From positions 3,728 through 67,727 of the forward strand of contig JAYRRF010000012.1 of NCBI GenBank assembly GCA_041910335.1: a DNA stretch of 64,000 nucleotides, written 5' to 3'. The DNA is from Candidatus Moraniibacteriota bacterium. Its GTDB lineage: Bacteria; Patescibacteriota; Minisyncoccia; Moranbacterales; UBA1568. This document shows positions 41,457 through 52,284 of this stretch, in pieces (position 1 is the first letter of the stretch; every line of letters begins with the position of its first letter). The position numbers were made by a program, and so were the translations under genes. A model generated the notes under the pieces. The model searched no databases. It was not told where the DNA came from and worked only from the letters and a program-made list of their open reading frames with translations.

Positions 41457-42065
41457 ATGGCTGACATGCATCCGAAGAAAGAGCGCACTCTCGTCATCAT
41501 CAAACCAGATGGTGTGCAGCGCTCACTTATTGGCGAGATTATTGGTCGTTTTGAGCGTGTGGGACTGAAGATGACAGCAATGAAGATGGTCATGGCGCAG
41601 AGTCAGCAGTGCTGGGATCACTACAACAAAGATGATGAGTGGTTTTTAAAGAAGGGAACGACCGTAGTCGAGAATCGTAAGGCAGCCGGCCTAACAGTAG
41701 ACAAGGAGCCCATTGAGTATGGGCGTGACATTATTGGCGTCATGGCCGAATACATGACAGCCAGCCCAGTAGTGGTGATGATTTTTGAAGGAAATGCCGC
41801 CACCGCTGTCGTCACCAAATTAGTCGGCGGTACTGAGCCGACTACATCAGACATCGGTACTATCCGTGGTGACTATGCCCTTGATTCTTATCAGATAGCC
41901 AACCAGGATGGTCGTGGAGTTCGTAATCTTATCCACTGTAGCGAAAACCCAGAAGAAGCAGAGCGAGAAATCAAAATCTGGTTCAAGCCAGAAGAAATCA
42001 TCGCTTACCGACTAGTACAAGATCAAATCCTTTACGATGTGAACCTCGACGGCATCCTCGAGTAA
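41457..42065 (+). CDS. ndk: Nucleoside-diphosphate kinase
   Basis: IIKPDGVQR, GTIRGDY, NLIHCSE. Confidence 0.95.
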   Translation: MADMHPKKERTLVIIKPDGVQRSLIGEIIGRFERVGLKMTAMKMVMAQSQQCWDHYNKDDEWFLKKGTTVVENRKAAGLTVDKEPIEYGRDIIGVMAEYMTASPVVVMIFEGNAATAVVTKLVGGTEPTTSDIGTIRGDYALDSYQIANQDGRGVRNLIHCSENPEEAEREIKIWFKPEEIIAYRLVQDQILYDVNLDGILE

Positions 42066-42079
42066 GAGCGAAGAATCAA

Positions 42080-42106
42080 AAAAACAGCCCTTAAAGGGCT
42101 GTTTTT
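42080..42106. terminator. Bidirectional terminator between ndk and tRNA
   Basis: AAAAACAGCCCTTAAAGGGCTGTTTTT. Confidence 0.8.
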
Positions 42107-42124
42107 CTTTAACTCACTTTTTTA

Positions 42125-42198
42125 TGGTCGGGATGCCGGGAATCGAACCCAGACTACACCCACCCCATGGGCGCGTACTACCACTATACTACATCCCG
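42125..42198 (-). tRNA. tRNA-Pro(GGG)
   Basis: CGGGATG acceptor stem, anticodon arm CGCCC-ATGGGGT-GGGTG, T loop TTCGATT, encoded CCA. Confidence 0.95.
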
Positions 42199-42234
42199 AT
42201 GATTGAAAAATCCCCTCGGAAGAGGGGATTTCTT

Positions 42235-42411
42235 TTATTTAGAAGCTTTGGTCAGGGTGCGGATAGCGCGGGTAGAGAGCTTGAGCTTCATGCCGCCAAG
42301 GCGCTTTGTCTGGACATTGACCTTGAATTTGCGGCGGGTAGCGATATTGGAGTGACTGCGAGAGTTCCCAGTTTGGGTACCGCGACCAGTCATTTGGCAA
42401 ACACGACTCAT
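42235..42411 (-). CDS. rpmB: 50S ribosomal protein bL28 (58 aa, absent from ORF track)
   Basis: Manual translation [58 protein letters not shown]. Confidence 0.95.
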   Translation of the reverse strand: MSRVCQMTGRGTQTGNSRSHSNIATRRKFKVNVQTKRLGGMKLKLSTRAIRTLTKASK

Positions 42412-42526
42412 AGGAATATAAAGATTGAATACTTGTAGGTTCTAGAGTATCATGAAGGAGTCTTCTTGGCAAGTCCAAGAGAGTCAGATAGCAAAATAAT
42501 GCCCGAACTTTCACTAATGTAGCTTT

Positions 42527-43249
42527 ATGCAACCAGAAATTATCCTTATCATCTTCTACCTTGTGACCCTTATCTACTCGGTCATTATTCATGAAATCTC
42601 TCATGGAGTCGTGGCTTTGTGGCTCGGAGATTTGACCGCTAAGTATGCTGGCCGACTCAACTTAAACCCCATGAAGCATATCGACCCATTCGGTTCGATT
42701 ATCCTCCCAGCACTTTTGATGCTTTCGACTGGTTTTGCTTTTGGCTGGGCTAAGCCAGTTCCTTATAACCCCTACAATCTGCGTGACCAGAAGTGGGGGC
42801 CGGTCTGGGTGGCCTTGGCTGGGCCTGCAACCAACTTCATCCTAGCTACAGTAGCAGCGCTTGTTGCCTTGGCACTTCCTTTGGGGACGCTTGCGAAGAA
42901 TGACGTGATCAGTCGGTTCTATATGATAGCTAATGGTAGAGGAGGATTTATGGAGAATTTTCAGCTGTTTGCTGAAGCACTCTCGGGGTCACTCTCGGCA
43001 ACACTCTTCGGTCTACTCCTCATGATCGTCTTTTGGAATGTTATCTTAGGGTGTTTCAATCTTCTGCCTATCCCGCCGCTTGATGGCTCTAAGCTCCTCT
43101 ACGCACTCTTCCGTATTCCCGAGCGCGTGGAGCTCGTTCTTGAGCAGTATGGTTTACCGCTTCTTTTTCTCTTTATTTTCCTCTTTTCTTATCCCATCAA
43201 TCTCTTCATCTCTTTTGTTTTGAGCTTTTATATAGGGATTTTGGTGTAA
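42527..43249 (+). CDS. Site-2 protease (M50) family protein
   Basis: HEISH, ALAGPATN, FNLLPIPPLDGS. Confidence 0.93.
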   Translation: MQPEIILIIFYLVTLIYSVIIHEISHGVVALWLGDLTAKYAGRLNLNPMKHIDPFGSIILPALLMLSTGFAFGWAKPVPYNPYNLRDQKWGPVWVALAGPATNFILATVAALVALALPLGTLAKNDVISRFYMIANGRGGFMENFQLFAEALSGSLSATLFGLLLMIVFWNVILGCFNLLPIPPLDGSKLLYALFRIPERVELVLEQYGLPLLFLFIFLFSYPINLFISFVLSFYIGILV

Positions 43250-43307
43250 GGGCACGAGTTAGGCTAAAAGCCATTCTCAAATGATGGGCAGGAGGGGGAG
43301 TCTGGAG

Positions 43308-43336
43308 TTGACAAAAATTGAAAGAGAGCCTATTAT
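43308..43336 (+). promoter_or_regulatory. str operon promoter
   Basis: TTGACA, 17 bp, TATTAT. Confidence 0.8.
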
Positions 43337-43414
43337 AAGGATTACACGGAAAAGTCTCATGGCTTTTTTCGTTTTTGTTCTAAATTCACTTTATCCGTAT
43401 TATTTTTTAGTCCT

Positions 43415-43834
43415 GTGGCTACCATCAATCAACTTATCAAGCGCCCACGTAAACCCCTGGTGAAAAAGACAAAATCACCAGCGATGGCATACTCACTCAA
43501 CAGTATCCGCAACCGCAACACCACCCATGAAAGCCCATTCAAGCGTGGAGTATGTCTCAAGGTTTCTACGACCACTCCAAAGAAACCAAACTCAGCTCTG
43601 CGTAAGATTGCTCGTGTGCGTTTGACCAATGGTATGGAAGTTACAGCCTATATTCCTGGTGAAGGACACAACCTCCAAGAACACTCTATTGTCATGATTC
43701 GCGGAGGACGTGTGAAGGATCTTCCGGGTGTACGTTATCACGTAGTGCGAGGAGTCTTCGATTCAGCTGGTGTCCAACGCAAACAGAGCCGCAGTAAGTA
43801 TGGTGCGAAGAAAGAGAAAGTAAAAAAAGACTAG
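43415..43834 (+). CDS. rpsL: 30S ribosomal protein uS12 (GTG start)
   Basis: [24 protein letters not shown]. Confidence 0.98.
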   Translation: MATINQLIKRPRKPLVKKTKSPAMAYSLNSIRNRNTTHESPFKRGVCLKVSTTTPKKPNSALRKIARVRLTNGMEVTAYIPGEGHNLQEHSIVMIRGGRVKDLPGVRYHVVRGVFDSAGVQRKQSRSKYGAKKEKVKKD

Positions 43835-43875
43835 CCAATAACGTATCATAAATTTTCTTGAATTTTATTTAATCT

Positions 43876-44343
43876 ATGCCACGAAGAAAGAGACAATATA
43901 AGCGAGAATGGAAGCCAGACGCTTTGTATGACAATCCATTAGTCGGTCATTTCGTAGGAATGATCATGTGGGACGGAAAGAAGAGTGTCGCCGAAAAGAT
44001 CATCTATGATGCTTTTGATATCATCCATGCTCGCACCAATAAAGGTGGTCTCAATACCTTTGAGCAGGCTATCAAGAATGTCGCCCCTCTTCTCCAGTTG
44101 AAGAGTCGCCGTGTCGGTGGTGCCAACTACCAAGTACCGGTGCCGGTATCTGGAGAACGTCGCCAAGTCCTTGCTATGCGCTGGCTCCGTGATGCCTGTC
44201 GTGCCAAGAAAGGTAAAGGTATGGCTGAGAAGCTTGCTGACGAACTGATCGATGCCTCCAACAAGACTGGTACTGCGATGAAGAAACGAGAAGACACCCA
44301 TCGTATGGCCGAAGCCAACAAGGCATTTGCTCACTTTGCCTAA
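43876..44343 (+). CDS. rpsG: 30S ribosomal protein uS7
   Basis: RRVGGANYQVP, HRMAEANKAFAH. Confidence 0.98.
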   Translation: MPRRKRQYKREWKPDALYDNPLVGHFVGMIMWDGKKSVAEKIIYDAFDIIHARTNKGGLNTFEQAIKNVAPLLQLKSRRVGGANYQVPVPVSGERRQVLAMRWLRDACRAKKGKGMAEKLADELIDASNKTGTAMKKREDTHRMAEANKAFAHFA

Positions 44344-44416
44344 GATTTCCCGAGTCAAAGCCCTATCTCAAGTGGGGCTTTCTCTCTTTTTATAAAGTTT
44401 TAAAACATAATTTCAT

Positions 44417-46522
44417 ATGACCACGAAAAACGTCCCCCTCAATCAGTTCCGTAACATCGGTATCATCGCTCACATCGATGCCGGTAAGACTACCACTACT
44501 GAGCGCGTACTTTTCTATACCGGTATCACTCACAAGATTGGTGAGGTGCATGAAGGAGAGGCAACAATGGACTGGATGGAACAGGAGCGTGAGCGCGGTA
44601 TCACTATTACCTCTGCTGCAACGACTTGTTACTGGAAGGATCATCAGATCAACATCATCGATACACCAGGTCACGTGGACTTCACTGTAGAGGTGGAGCG
44701 TTCACTTCGTGTGCTTGATGGTGGTGTCGTAGTGTTCGATGGTAAGGAAGGTGTGGAGCCTCAGTCTGAGACCGTGTGGCGCCAAGCTGATAAGTACAAC
44801 GTGCCTCGTATTTGTTTCATCAACAAGATTGATAAAGAAGGTGCTGACTTCGAGAACGCTATTTCTTCTATCTGGAACCGTCTTACCTCTAATGCTGTCG
44901 CTGTACAGCTTCCTATGGGAGAGCGTGGTGACTTCTATGGAGTGATCGACTTGATGAAAATGAAGTCATACACTTTTAGTGGTGATATGGGTGAGATCAT
45001 CACCGAGAGCGAAATCCCAGCTGAGCTTCTCGATAAAGCCAAAGAATGGCGTGAAAAAATGGTAGAGCGTATTGCTGAGACTGACGATGTGCTCATGGAG
45101 AAGTATCTTGGTGGTGAAGAAATCTCTGTCGAAGAATTGAAGGCTGCTCTTCGCCAGGCCGTTATCGATGTGAAGCTCATCCCAGTCTTTACCGGTACCG
45201 CTCTTCGTAACAAGGGTGTGCAGTTGGTGCTCGACGCTGTTGTTGACTACCTCCCATCTCCACTTGATATTCCTGCAGTAGTCGCTACCGATCCAGATGA
45301 TGATGCGAAAACCATCGAGCTCAAGACTGACCCAAGCGAGAAGTTCTCTGCATTGGCTTTCAAAGTGGCTACTGATCCTTTCGTTGGTCAGCTGACCTTC
45401 TTCCGTGTTTACTCTGGAACCATCAAGGCTGGATCATATGTCTTGAACGCTACCAAAGGAGAAAAGGAGCGTATCGGACGTATCCTCCGTATGCACTCTA
45501 ACTCTCGTGAAGAAATCGAAGAGCTTGGAGCTGGAGATATCGGTGCTTTGGTAGGTATGAAGGTGACCACGACTGGTGACACTCTCTGTGATCCAGAAAA
45601 CCCAGTTATCCTCGAATCAATCATTTTCCCAGAGCCAGTGATCGATATCGCTATCGAACCGAAGACCAAGAGCGACCAGGAGAAAATGGGTATCGCTTTG
45701 AAGAAATTGATGGAAGAAGATCCGACTTTCCGTGTGCGTACAGATACCGAGACGGGTCAGACTATTCTCTCAGGTATGGGTGAGCTTCACCTTGATATCT
45801 TGGTTGACCGTATGAAGCGTGAGTTCAAGGTAGAAGTGAATGTCGGTCGTCCACAGGTAGCCTACCGTGAAACTATCCGCGTCAAAGCAGAAGCAGAGGG
45901 TAAGTTCGTTCGTCAGTCTGGTGGTCGTGGACAGTATGGTCATTGTTGGGTACGTCTCGAACCACAGGAAGTGGGAGCAGGGTATGAGTTCGCTGATGAG
46001 ATCAAGGGTGGTGTCATCCCACAGGAATTCATCAAGCCTATCGATAAGGGTATTCAAGAAGCGATGGAGACTGGTATTCTTGCTGGCTACCCAATGGTAG
46101 ACGTCAAAGCGACTGTATTCGATGGATCATATCATGATGTTGACTCATCTGAAGCTGCTTTCCGTGTCGCTGGATCTATGGCCTACAAAGAGGCCGCCAA
46201 GAAAGCTAAGCCAGTCATCCTTGAGCCAGTGATGAAGGTGGTAGTGACCACCCCAGAACAGTTCATGGGTGACATGGTCGGAGACCTTTCTTCTAAGCGT
46301 GGAATTATCAAAGAGATGATCCCTCGTGGTGAAGGCGCTAGCGCCGTCAAAGAAATTCACTCAGAAGTACCTCTTTCATCTATGTTTGGCTATGCTACCC
46401 AGATGCGCTCTATGAGTCAGGGACGTGCGAGCTACGCGATGGAGTTCAGTCACTATGCTGAAGTACCATCAAATGTCGCTCAGGAAATTATCGGTACTCG
46501 TACAGCTGCTAAGTCTGAATAG
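44417..46522 (+). CDS. fusA: Elongation factor G
   Basis: [32 protein letters not shown]. Confidence 0.99.
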   Translation: MTTKNVPLNQFRNIGIIAHIDAGKTTTTERVLFYTGITHKIGEVHEGEATMDWMEQERERGITITSAATTCYWKDHQINIIDTPGHVDFTVEVERSLRVLDGGVVVFDGKEGVEPQSETVWRQADKYNVPRICFINKIDKEGADFENAISSIWNRLTSNAVAVQLPMGERGDFYGVIDLMKMKSYTFSGDMGEIITESEIPAELLDKAKEWREKMVERIAETDDVLMEKYLGGEEISVEELKAALRQAVIDVKLIPVFTGTALRNKGVQLVLDAVVDYLPSPLDIPAVVATDPDDDAKTIELKTDPSEKFSALAFKVATDPFVGQLTFFRVYSGTIKAGSYVLNATKGEKERIGRILRMHSNSREEIEELGAGDIGALVGMKVTTTGDTLCDPENPVILESIIFPEPVIDIAIEPKTKSDQEKMGIALKKLMEEDPTFRVRTDTETGQTILSGMGELHLDILVDRMKREFKVEVNVGRPQVAYRETIRVKAEAEGKFVRQSGGRGQYGHCWVRLEPQEVGAGYEFADEIKGGVIPQEFIKPIDKGIQEAMETGILAGYPMVDVKATVFDGSYHDVDSSEAAFRVAGSMAYKEAAKKAKPVILEPVMKVVVTTPEQFMGDMVGDLSSKRGIIKEMIPRGEGASAVKEIHSEVPLSSMFGYATQMRSMSQGRASYAMEFSHYAEVPSNVAQEIIGTRTAAKSE

Positions 46523-46539
46523 GATACTTGAAAAAATTA

Positions 46540-46600
46540 AAGAGCCGTCTCGCAAGAGGCGGTTTTTTTTATTGACAAAGTATCGGCATTAAGTTAATGT
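46540..46600 (+). promoter_or_regulatory. fusA terminator followed immediately by a promoter
   Basis: GCCGTCTC-GCAA-GAGGCGGT plus T-tract; TTGACA 46572-46577, 17 bp, TAATGT. Confidence 0.75.
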
Positions 46601-46645
46601 AGCGTGTTGGTAATGTCCAACGAGTGACAGGGAAGGGTTCTATCG

Positions 46646-46882
46646 ATGACATATTTTCAGGCTCGCGGTGGATCATATGGCTCACAGCATGTTCCGGCGC
46701 ACTATGGTTGCGATAGTGAATCGCATAAAGGTAAAGACATGCTTGATACTGGCAGTTTTACCAGGGATGAGGTAGCCACTTTTACCGCCCTTAAAAGTCG
46801 GGAGGAAGTTCATATTTGTGCCCCATGTCTTAGAAGGGAGCTAAGCCAGATTCGAAAAAATAAACGTCAGGAAGGCGGATAG
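46646..46882 (+). CDS. Small hypothetical protein, possible zinc finger, inserted between fusA and tuf
   Basis: C22-x4-H27 and H56-x-C58-x2-C61; own promoter upstream and terminator at 46905-46944. Confidence 0.55.
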   Translation: MTYFQARGGSYGSQHVPAHYGCDSESHKGKDMLDTGSFTRDEVATFTALKSREEVHICAPCLRRELSQIRKNKRQEGG

Positions 46883-46952
46883 GATGCGAAGACTAGGCTT
46901 TGTAGTGCGGGTGGGGATAATTCGATCCCCGCCACGCATTTTTTGTTAAATA

Positions 46953-46972
46953 ATCCCTTCCACAAGCTCAGG
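46953..46972 (-). repeat. REP-like short repeat, copy 2
   Basis: Reverse complement CCTGAGCTTGTGGAAGGGAT matches 22887-22906. Confidence 0.75.
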
Positions 46973-46987
46973 AAAGCATTTTAGCGC

Positions 46988-47016
46988 TTGACAATATTTC
47001 CACGAGTTGTTACTAT
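46988..47016 (+). promoter_or_regulatory. tuf/S10 operon promoter
   Basis: TTGACA, 17 bp, TGtTACTAT. Confidence 0.8.
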
Positions 47017-47139
47017 AGTACTTGACGCTTTTAAAACGAGCTTTTTTCTTTTTCTGGGCAAAAAAATCCCCCCAGGAAAGGAAAAAACGAGTCAAAAGTA
47101 AAATAATTAAGAACTAATTTTTAAGGACTACTTAAAATT

Positions 47140-48330
47140 ATGGCAGAGCAGTTTCAACGCACAAAGCCTCACGTAAACGTGGGAACCATCGGTCACGTTG
47201 ACCATGGAAAGACAACCTTGACCGCCGCTATCCTTCACGTGCTTTCGATGAAAGGATTCGCTAAGGAGCGAGGTATTGATGAAATCGACAAGGCTCCTGA
47301 GGAGCGTGATCGTGGTATTACTATCGCGACTGCTCACTGTGAATACGAGACAGACGCTCGTCACTATGCTCACGTTGACTGTCCTGGTCACGCTGACTAT
47401 ATCAAGAACATGATCACTGGTGCTGCTCAGATGGATGGTGCTATCATCGTAGTTTCTGCTACTGATGGTCCTATGCCTCAGACTCGCGAGCACATCCTTT
47501 TGGCTCGCCAGGTGGGTGTGCCTGAGATCGTTGTCTTCCTCAACAAGGTAGATATGGTGGATGATCCAGAACTCGTAGACCTCGTTGAAGAGGAAGTTCG
47601 CGAACTTCTTTCTAAGTACGAATTTGACGGTGCAAACGCACGCGTTGTCCGTGGATCTGCTTTGAAGGCTCTTGAGTCAACAGACGCAGAAAGCGAGGCA
47701 GCTAAGCCAATCTGGGATTTGATGGCTGCATTGGATGAAAAGATTCCTGAACCAGTTCGTGATACTGAGAAGCCTTTCCTTCTTCCTATCGAAGACATCT
47801 TCTCAATCGAAGGACGTGGAACAGTGGTGACTGGTCGTATCGAGCGTGGTATCATCAACCTTAACGAAGAAGTAGAAATCGTTGGTCTCCGTGATACTCA
47901 GAAGACCGTTGTGACTGGTATTGAAATGTTCAACAAGTCACTTGATAAGGGTATGTGTGGCGATAACGCTGGTATCCTCATCCGTGGTATCAAGAAGGAA
48001 GACGTAGAGCGTGGACAGGTATTGGCTAAGACTGGCTCTATCAAGCCTCATACTGAATTTGAAGCAGAAGTCTATATCCTTTCTAAGGAAGAAGGTGGAC
48101 GTCACACTCCTTTCTTCAAGGGTTACAAGCCTCAGTTCTACATCCGTACAACTGACGTGACCGGTGAAGTAGAGCTTCCAGAAGGAACCGAAATGGTAAT
48201 GCCTGGAGATACCGTCAACATGAAGGTCAAGCTCCTTGCGCCTGTCGCTATGGAAGATGGTATGCGCTTCGCTATCCGTGAAGGTGGACGTACTGTCGGT
48301 GCTGGAGTAGTAGTAAAGATTGTCAACTAG
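47140..48330 (+). CDS. tuf: Elongation factor Tu
   Basis: [26 protein letters not shown]. Confidence 0.99.
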   Translation: MAEQFQRTKPHVNVGTIGHVDHGKTTLTAAILHVLSMKGFAKERGIDEIDKAPEERDRGITIATAHCEYETDARHYAHVDCPGHADYIKNMITGAAQMDGAIIVVSATDGPMPQTREHILLARQVGVPEIVVFLNKVDMVDDPELVDLVEEEVRELLSKYEFDGANARVVRGSALKALESTDAESEAAKPIWDLMAALDEKIPEPVRDTEKPFLLPIEDIFSIEGRGTVVTGRIERGIINLNEEVEIVGLRDTQKTVVTGIEMFNKSLDKGMCGDNAGILIRGIKKEDVERGQVLAKTGSIKPHTEFEAEVYILSKEEGGRHTPFFKGYKPQFYIRTTDVTGEVELPEGTEMVMPGDTVNMKVKLLAPVAMEDGMRFAIREGGRTVGAGVVVKIVN

Positions 48331-48421
48331 CCAATCTTGAGGTAACTTGAGTAGAGAGTAGTAAGACTACTCTCTACGAATGTTCCCTTAAAATGGACAC
48401 AAGAAGTTAGATTATACACGC

Positions 48422-48751
48422 ATGAAAAAAACAGAAGTTGCACAAAGTACCCTTCGCGTACGTATCAAGATCAAGGCTTACGATCACAAAATCGTAGACC
48501 AGTCTGCACGTAAAATCGTCGAAACAGCAGAGCGTTCTGGAGCTCAGATCACTGGCCCAGTACCGCTTCCAACAGAAGTTCATCGTATGACGGTCAACAA
48601 ATCGACCTTCGTGCATAAGAACTCTCGCGATCAGTTCGAAATGCGTGTTCACAAGCGTTTGATTGATATCGTCAATCCTACCGCAAAGACGATTGATAAT
48701 CTCACCAACCTCGATCTCCCAGCTGGAGTCGACGTCGAAATCAAAATGTAA
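48422..48751 (+). CDS. rpsJ: 30S ribosomal protein uS10
   Basis: [29 protein letters not shown]. Confidence 0.97.
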   Translation: MKKTEVAQSTLRVRIKIKAYDHKIVDQSARKIVETAERSGAQITGPVPLPTEVHRMTVNKSTFVHKNSRDQFEMRVHKRLIDIVNPTAKTIDNLTNLDLPAGVDVEIKM

Positions 48752-48941
48752 TTCAAAAGAGAGGGGTTCCTTTGAGAGAGTATGTTTCGCTAGAAGCACA
48801 TTGTCTCAAAGGAATACCCAAGAGTAACTCGTGTAAGTCTGCTTAGCAGATACTACATGGGCCAACGTTTCTTATTTTTTTGAGAAACTGGCTACGTATC
48901 TAAAGTCAGTTTTTTGTTTACTAAAGACCCATTAAAAGTAT

Positions 48942-49544
48942 ATGAAGTTTCTGATCGGAAAAAAACTCGGCATGACCACCCTTTTTGATGAAGAAAAAGG
49001 TGCTTTGAATGTGACTTTGATTTCAGTAACCGAAAACAAGGTAGTCGGCAAGCGTACCAAAGACAAGCATGGTTATATGGCTGTAGAAGTAGCTACCGCA
49101 AAGACTGCTCGCAAGCAATCAGTCAAGGAATTCCGTCTTGATAAGGATTTGACTGAAGAAGAAACCAAAGAAGCAGTCGCTTTTCTTGATGGACTCGAAG
49201 AAAACGGTACCTTGGGTCTCGATCAGTTCACTGTAGGTGAGAAGGTCAATATCACTGGTATCACCAAAGCCAAAGGTTTTCAGGGTGTTGTGAAGCGTTA
49301 CAATTTCCGTGGAGCTCCAGCTTCTCATGGGCGTAAGCATGATATGCGTAAGCCGGGATCTATCGGAGCGACATTTCCAGAACACGTTATCAAGGGTCGT
49401 CGTATGGCAGGTCGTATGGGTGGTGACAAAATGACCGTTCAGAATTTGATGGTGGCCTATGTCAATCAAGAAGAGGGTATCCTCGCTGTCAAAGGTGCTG
49501 TCCCAGGTGTCAATGGTCGCATCGTGAAAGTTATCGGAGCATAA
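48942..49544 (+). CDS. rplC: 50S ribosomal protein uL3
   Basis: GKKLGMT, KGFQGVVKR, GRMGG, KGAVPG. Confidence 0.97.
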   Translation: MKFLIGKKLGMTTLFDEEKGALNVTLISVTENKVVGKRTKDKHGYMAVEVATAKTARKQSVKEFRLDKDLTEEETKEAVAFLDGLEENGTLGLDQFTVGEKVNITGITKAKGFQGVVKRYNFRGAPASHGRKHDMRKPGSIGATFPEHVIKGRRMAGRMGGDKMTVQNLMVAYVNQEEGILAVKGAVPGVNGRIVKVIGA

Positions 49545-49558
49545 AGAAAATTACCACT

Positions 49559-50200
49559 ATGATACAAGTAGCTGTTACCAATCTTCAAGGCAAAAAAATA
49601 AAAGACATCGAATTGAACGAGTCTCTTTTCGGCCTTCCTTCAAATGATGTTCTCCTTCACCAGGTGTATGTCGCTTTGACTGCCAATGAGCGTCAGACTA
49701 TTGCTCACACCAAAGACCGTTCTGAGCGTGCTGGATCAGGCAAGAAGCCTTGGAAGCAAAAAGGAACAGGACGTGCTCGTGTCGGTGAAGTACGTAATCC
49801 AGTTTGGCGTAAGGGTGGTGTCGTCTTTGGTCCTCGTAAGGAGGAAGTATACGGAAAAGACACCAACAAGAAGATGCGTCAAAAGGCTACCATGATTGCT
49901 TTGGCAGAAAAGATCAGAAATGAGAAGCTCTTGGTGGTAGACTCACTCGTTTTTGCAGAAGCAAAGACCAAGCTCTGGGCAGAAGCTCGTCAGGCACTCG
50001 GTGTCAGCTACAAGAGCACTATCGTGGCTTTTGGGGGAGAGGAATTTGCTCAGGCACGCGTCACTCGCAATATCCCAAGAACTACCAATACATTGGCAGA
50101 AAACCTCAATGTAGCCCAGCTTCTCAATCACGAGTACATCGTTGTCTCAGAGAAAGCTCTTGAGGCTTTGACTAATCGCTTTAAGGCATGGGAGAAATAA
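49559..50200 (+). CDS. rplD: 50S ribosomal protein uL4
   Basis: KPWKQKGTGRAR, GGVVFGP. Confidence 0.97.
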   Translation: MIQVAVTNLQGKKIKDIELNESLFGLPSNDVLLHQVYVALTANERQTIAHTKDRSERAGSGKKPWKQKGTGRARVGEVRNPVWRKGGVVFGPRKEEVYGKDTNKKMRQKATMIALAEKIRNEKLLVVDSLVFAEAKTKLWAEARQALGVSYKSTIVAFGGEEFAQARVTRNIPRTTNTLAENLNVAQLLNHEYIVVSEKALEALTNRFKAWEK

Positions 50201-50204
50201 GTCT

Positions 50205-50579
50205 ATGGCACTATTTACAGAAAAAACTGAAAAGAAGACAAAGAAGGCCGCTACTAAGAAGTCAGTAGCTGATATGAATTTGACTGGAGTAGCCTACCGC
50301 GTACTTCTGAAGCCTCGTATCACGGAAAAGGCCTACACTCTTGGAGCAAATGGCAAGTATGTTTTTCAGGTAGCAAGCGTTGCTACCAAGCAAAGCGTCA
50401 AAAGAGCAGTAGAAGAAGTCTATGGAGTAGCTGTAGAGTCAGTCAATATTGTCACTCTTCCAGGAAAGACCAAGGTCTTCGGACGTCGTCAGGTAGCTGG
50501 TAAGCGTCAGTCAGTGAAAAAGGCCTATGTCACTTTGGCTGCTGGTCAAACACTCGAATTATTCAAAGCAGGATTGTAA
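50205..50579 (+). CDS. rplW: 50S ribosomal protein uL23
   Basis: PRITEKA, KKAYVTL; operon position. Confidence 0.95.
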   Translation: MALFTEKTEKKTKKAATKKSVADMNLTGVAYRVLLKPRITEKAYTLGANGKYVFQVASVATKQSVKRAVEEVYGVAVESVNIVTLPGKTKVFGRRQVAGKRQSVKKAYVTLAAGQTLELFKAGL

Positions 50580-50591
50580 TTCTCACACGTT

Positions 50592-51419
50592 ATGGCAATT
50601 AAAGTTTACAAAAGAAATAATGCAGGACGACGTAACATGTCTGTGGTGAAGCCAGAGGCTGTGACTGACTGTGCTCCAGAAAAATCTCTTCTCGCACCAT
50701 ATAAGAAGCGTGCTGGACGTTCACACGGAAAGATCTCTGTTCGTCACCAGGGTGGTGGACACAAGCGCCGCTTTCGTGTCATTGACTTCCGTCAGAATAA
50801 GTTTGGTATCTCAGGAACCGTGAAGAGTATCGAGAAGGATCCAAACCGTTCAGCTTTGATTGCTTTGGTAGCCTATGCTGATGGTGAGAAGCGCTATATC
50901 CTCGCTACCCAAAAGATGCGTGCTGGTCAGACAGTTGTGTCTGGTGAAGATGCACCTATTGAAGATGGTAACCGTTTGCCACTTCGTGAGATCCCAGTCG
51001 GAACTATCATTTGTAACATCGAGCTCAAGATTGGTAAAGGTGGTCAGATCGTACGTAGCGCGGGATCACAGGCAACTTTGATGGCCCTAGATGGTCCAAT
51101 GGCTCAGGTGAAGCTCGCTTCAAGCGAAATCCGCTTGGTCAGCAAGGATTGCTATGCTACTATCGGGCAAGTGAGCAACTTCGAACACAGTGCAGTCACT
51201 ATCGGTAAGGCAGGACGTGCTCGTCACATGAACAAGCGTCCAGCAGTACGTGGTTCCGCTATGAACCCGGTAGATCATCCACACGGTGGTGGAGAAGGAC
51301 GTCAGCCACTTGGTATGCATCCGAAAACTCCTTGGGGTAAGCCAGCACTTGGTAAGAAGACCCGTAAGAAGAAGAATCCAACTAATAAGTATATTGTCCG
51401 TCGTCGGAACAAGAAGTAA
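50592..51419 (+). CDS. rplB: 50S ribosomal protein uL2
   Basis: [19 protein letters not shown]. Confidence 0.98.
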   Translation: MAIKVYKRNNAGRRNMSVVKPEAVTDCAPEKSLLAPYKKRAGRSHGKISVRHQGGGHKRRFRVIDFRQNKFGISGTVKSIEKDPNRSALIALVAYADGEKRYILATQKMRAGQTVVSGEDAPIEDGNRLPLREIPVGTIICNIELKIGKGGQIVRSAGSQATLMALDGPMAQVKLASSEIRLVSKDCYATIGQVSNFEHSAVTIGKAGRARHMNKRPAVRGSAMNPVDHPHGGGEGRQPLGMHPKTPWGKPALGKKTRKKKNPTNKYIVRRRNKK

Positions 51420-51430
51420 TCAAAGAAAGT

Positions 51431-51772
51431 ATGTCACGTAGTCTCAAAAAAGGTCCATACGTAGATCAGAGAGTCCTCAAAAAACTTGAGGGCAAGAAGC
51501 TTGGTGATCGTGAAGTGATCAAGACCTGGTCTCGCGCCTGTGTTATTGCTCCAGAAATGGTTGGTTTTACTTTCGGCGTGCACAACGGACGTGAGCACGT
51601 GAACGTGTTTGTCACAGAAGAAATGGTAGGGCACCGTCTTGGAGAGTTTTCTCCTACCCGTAAGTTCTATCGTCATGGAGGTAAGATGCAGAAAGAACTG
51701 GAACAAGCTGCTAAACAAAGAGAGATTGATGCCGCGAAAGCAGCTAAGGCTTCTCAGAATGCTAAGAAATAG
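51431..51772 (+). CDS. rpsS: 30S ribosomal protein uS19
   Basis: [21 protein letters not shown]. Confidence 0.98.
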   Translation: MSRSLKKGPYVDQRVLKKLEGKKLGDREVIKTWSRACVIAPEMVGFTFGVHNGREHVNVFVTEEMVGHRLGEFSPTRKFYRHGGKMQKELEQAAKQREIDAAKAAKASQNAKK

Positions 51773-51777
51773 TTTTT

Positions 51778-52281
51778 ATGAAAGTACAAGCAACCCTCAA
51801 AAACCTACGTATCTCTGCTCGTAAGACTCGTCTCGTCACACGTGGCTTGGTTGGTATTGATGCTCGTGAAGCTATGATTCAGCTTTCTAAGCAAATCAAG
51901 AAATCTTCACCACATCTCGAAGCCCTCTTGAAGAGCGCTATTGCTAATGCTGTGAACAATTTTGGTCTCGCAGAAGAGAATCTCTACGTCGCTGATATTC
52001 GTGTTGGCGAAGCTCAGACACTGAAGCGTTGGTTGCCGCGTGCTTTTGGTCGCGCTACCCCGCTCCTCCGTCGCGGCTGTCACGTCACTATCATTTTGGA
52101 TGAAAAAGTAGAAGGAAAAGGACGTGTAGAACCAGTGAAGAAAAAGACTGTTAAGGAAGAGACAAAAGAGGGGGAAGTAAAGAAGGCTCCACAGCAAAAG
52201 AAACTCGCAAGTGAAAAGGTCGGAGCTGCGCCTACACAGGCAGCGAAAGTGAATAAAGTATTTCAAAGAAAATCTGTATAA
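51778..52281 (+). CDS. rplV: 50S ribosomal protein uL22 with C-terminal extension
   Basis: ISARKTRLV, SAIANA, PRAFGRA. Confidence 0.96.
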   Translation: MKVQATLKNLRISARKTRLVTRGLVGIDAREAMIQLSKQIKKSSPHLEALLKSAIANAVNNFGLAEENLYVADIRVGEAQTLKRWLPRAFGRATPLLRRGCHVTIILDEKVEGKGRVEPVKKKTVKEETKEGEVKKAPQQKKLASEKVGAAPTQAAKVNKVFQRKSV

Positions 52282-52284
52282 ATT

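Noticed and set aside
42124-42604. ORF-track ORFs 42124..42438 (+) and 42239..42604 (-)
   Set aside because: Overlap tRNA-Pro and the true rpmB frame
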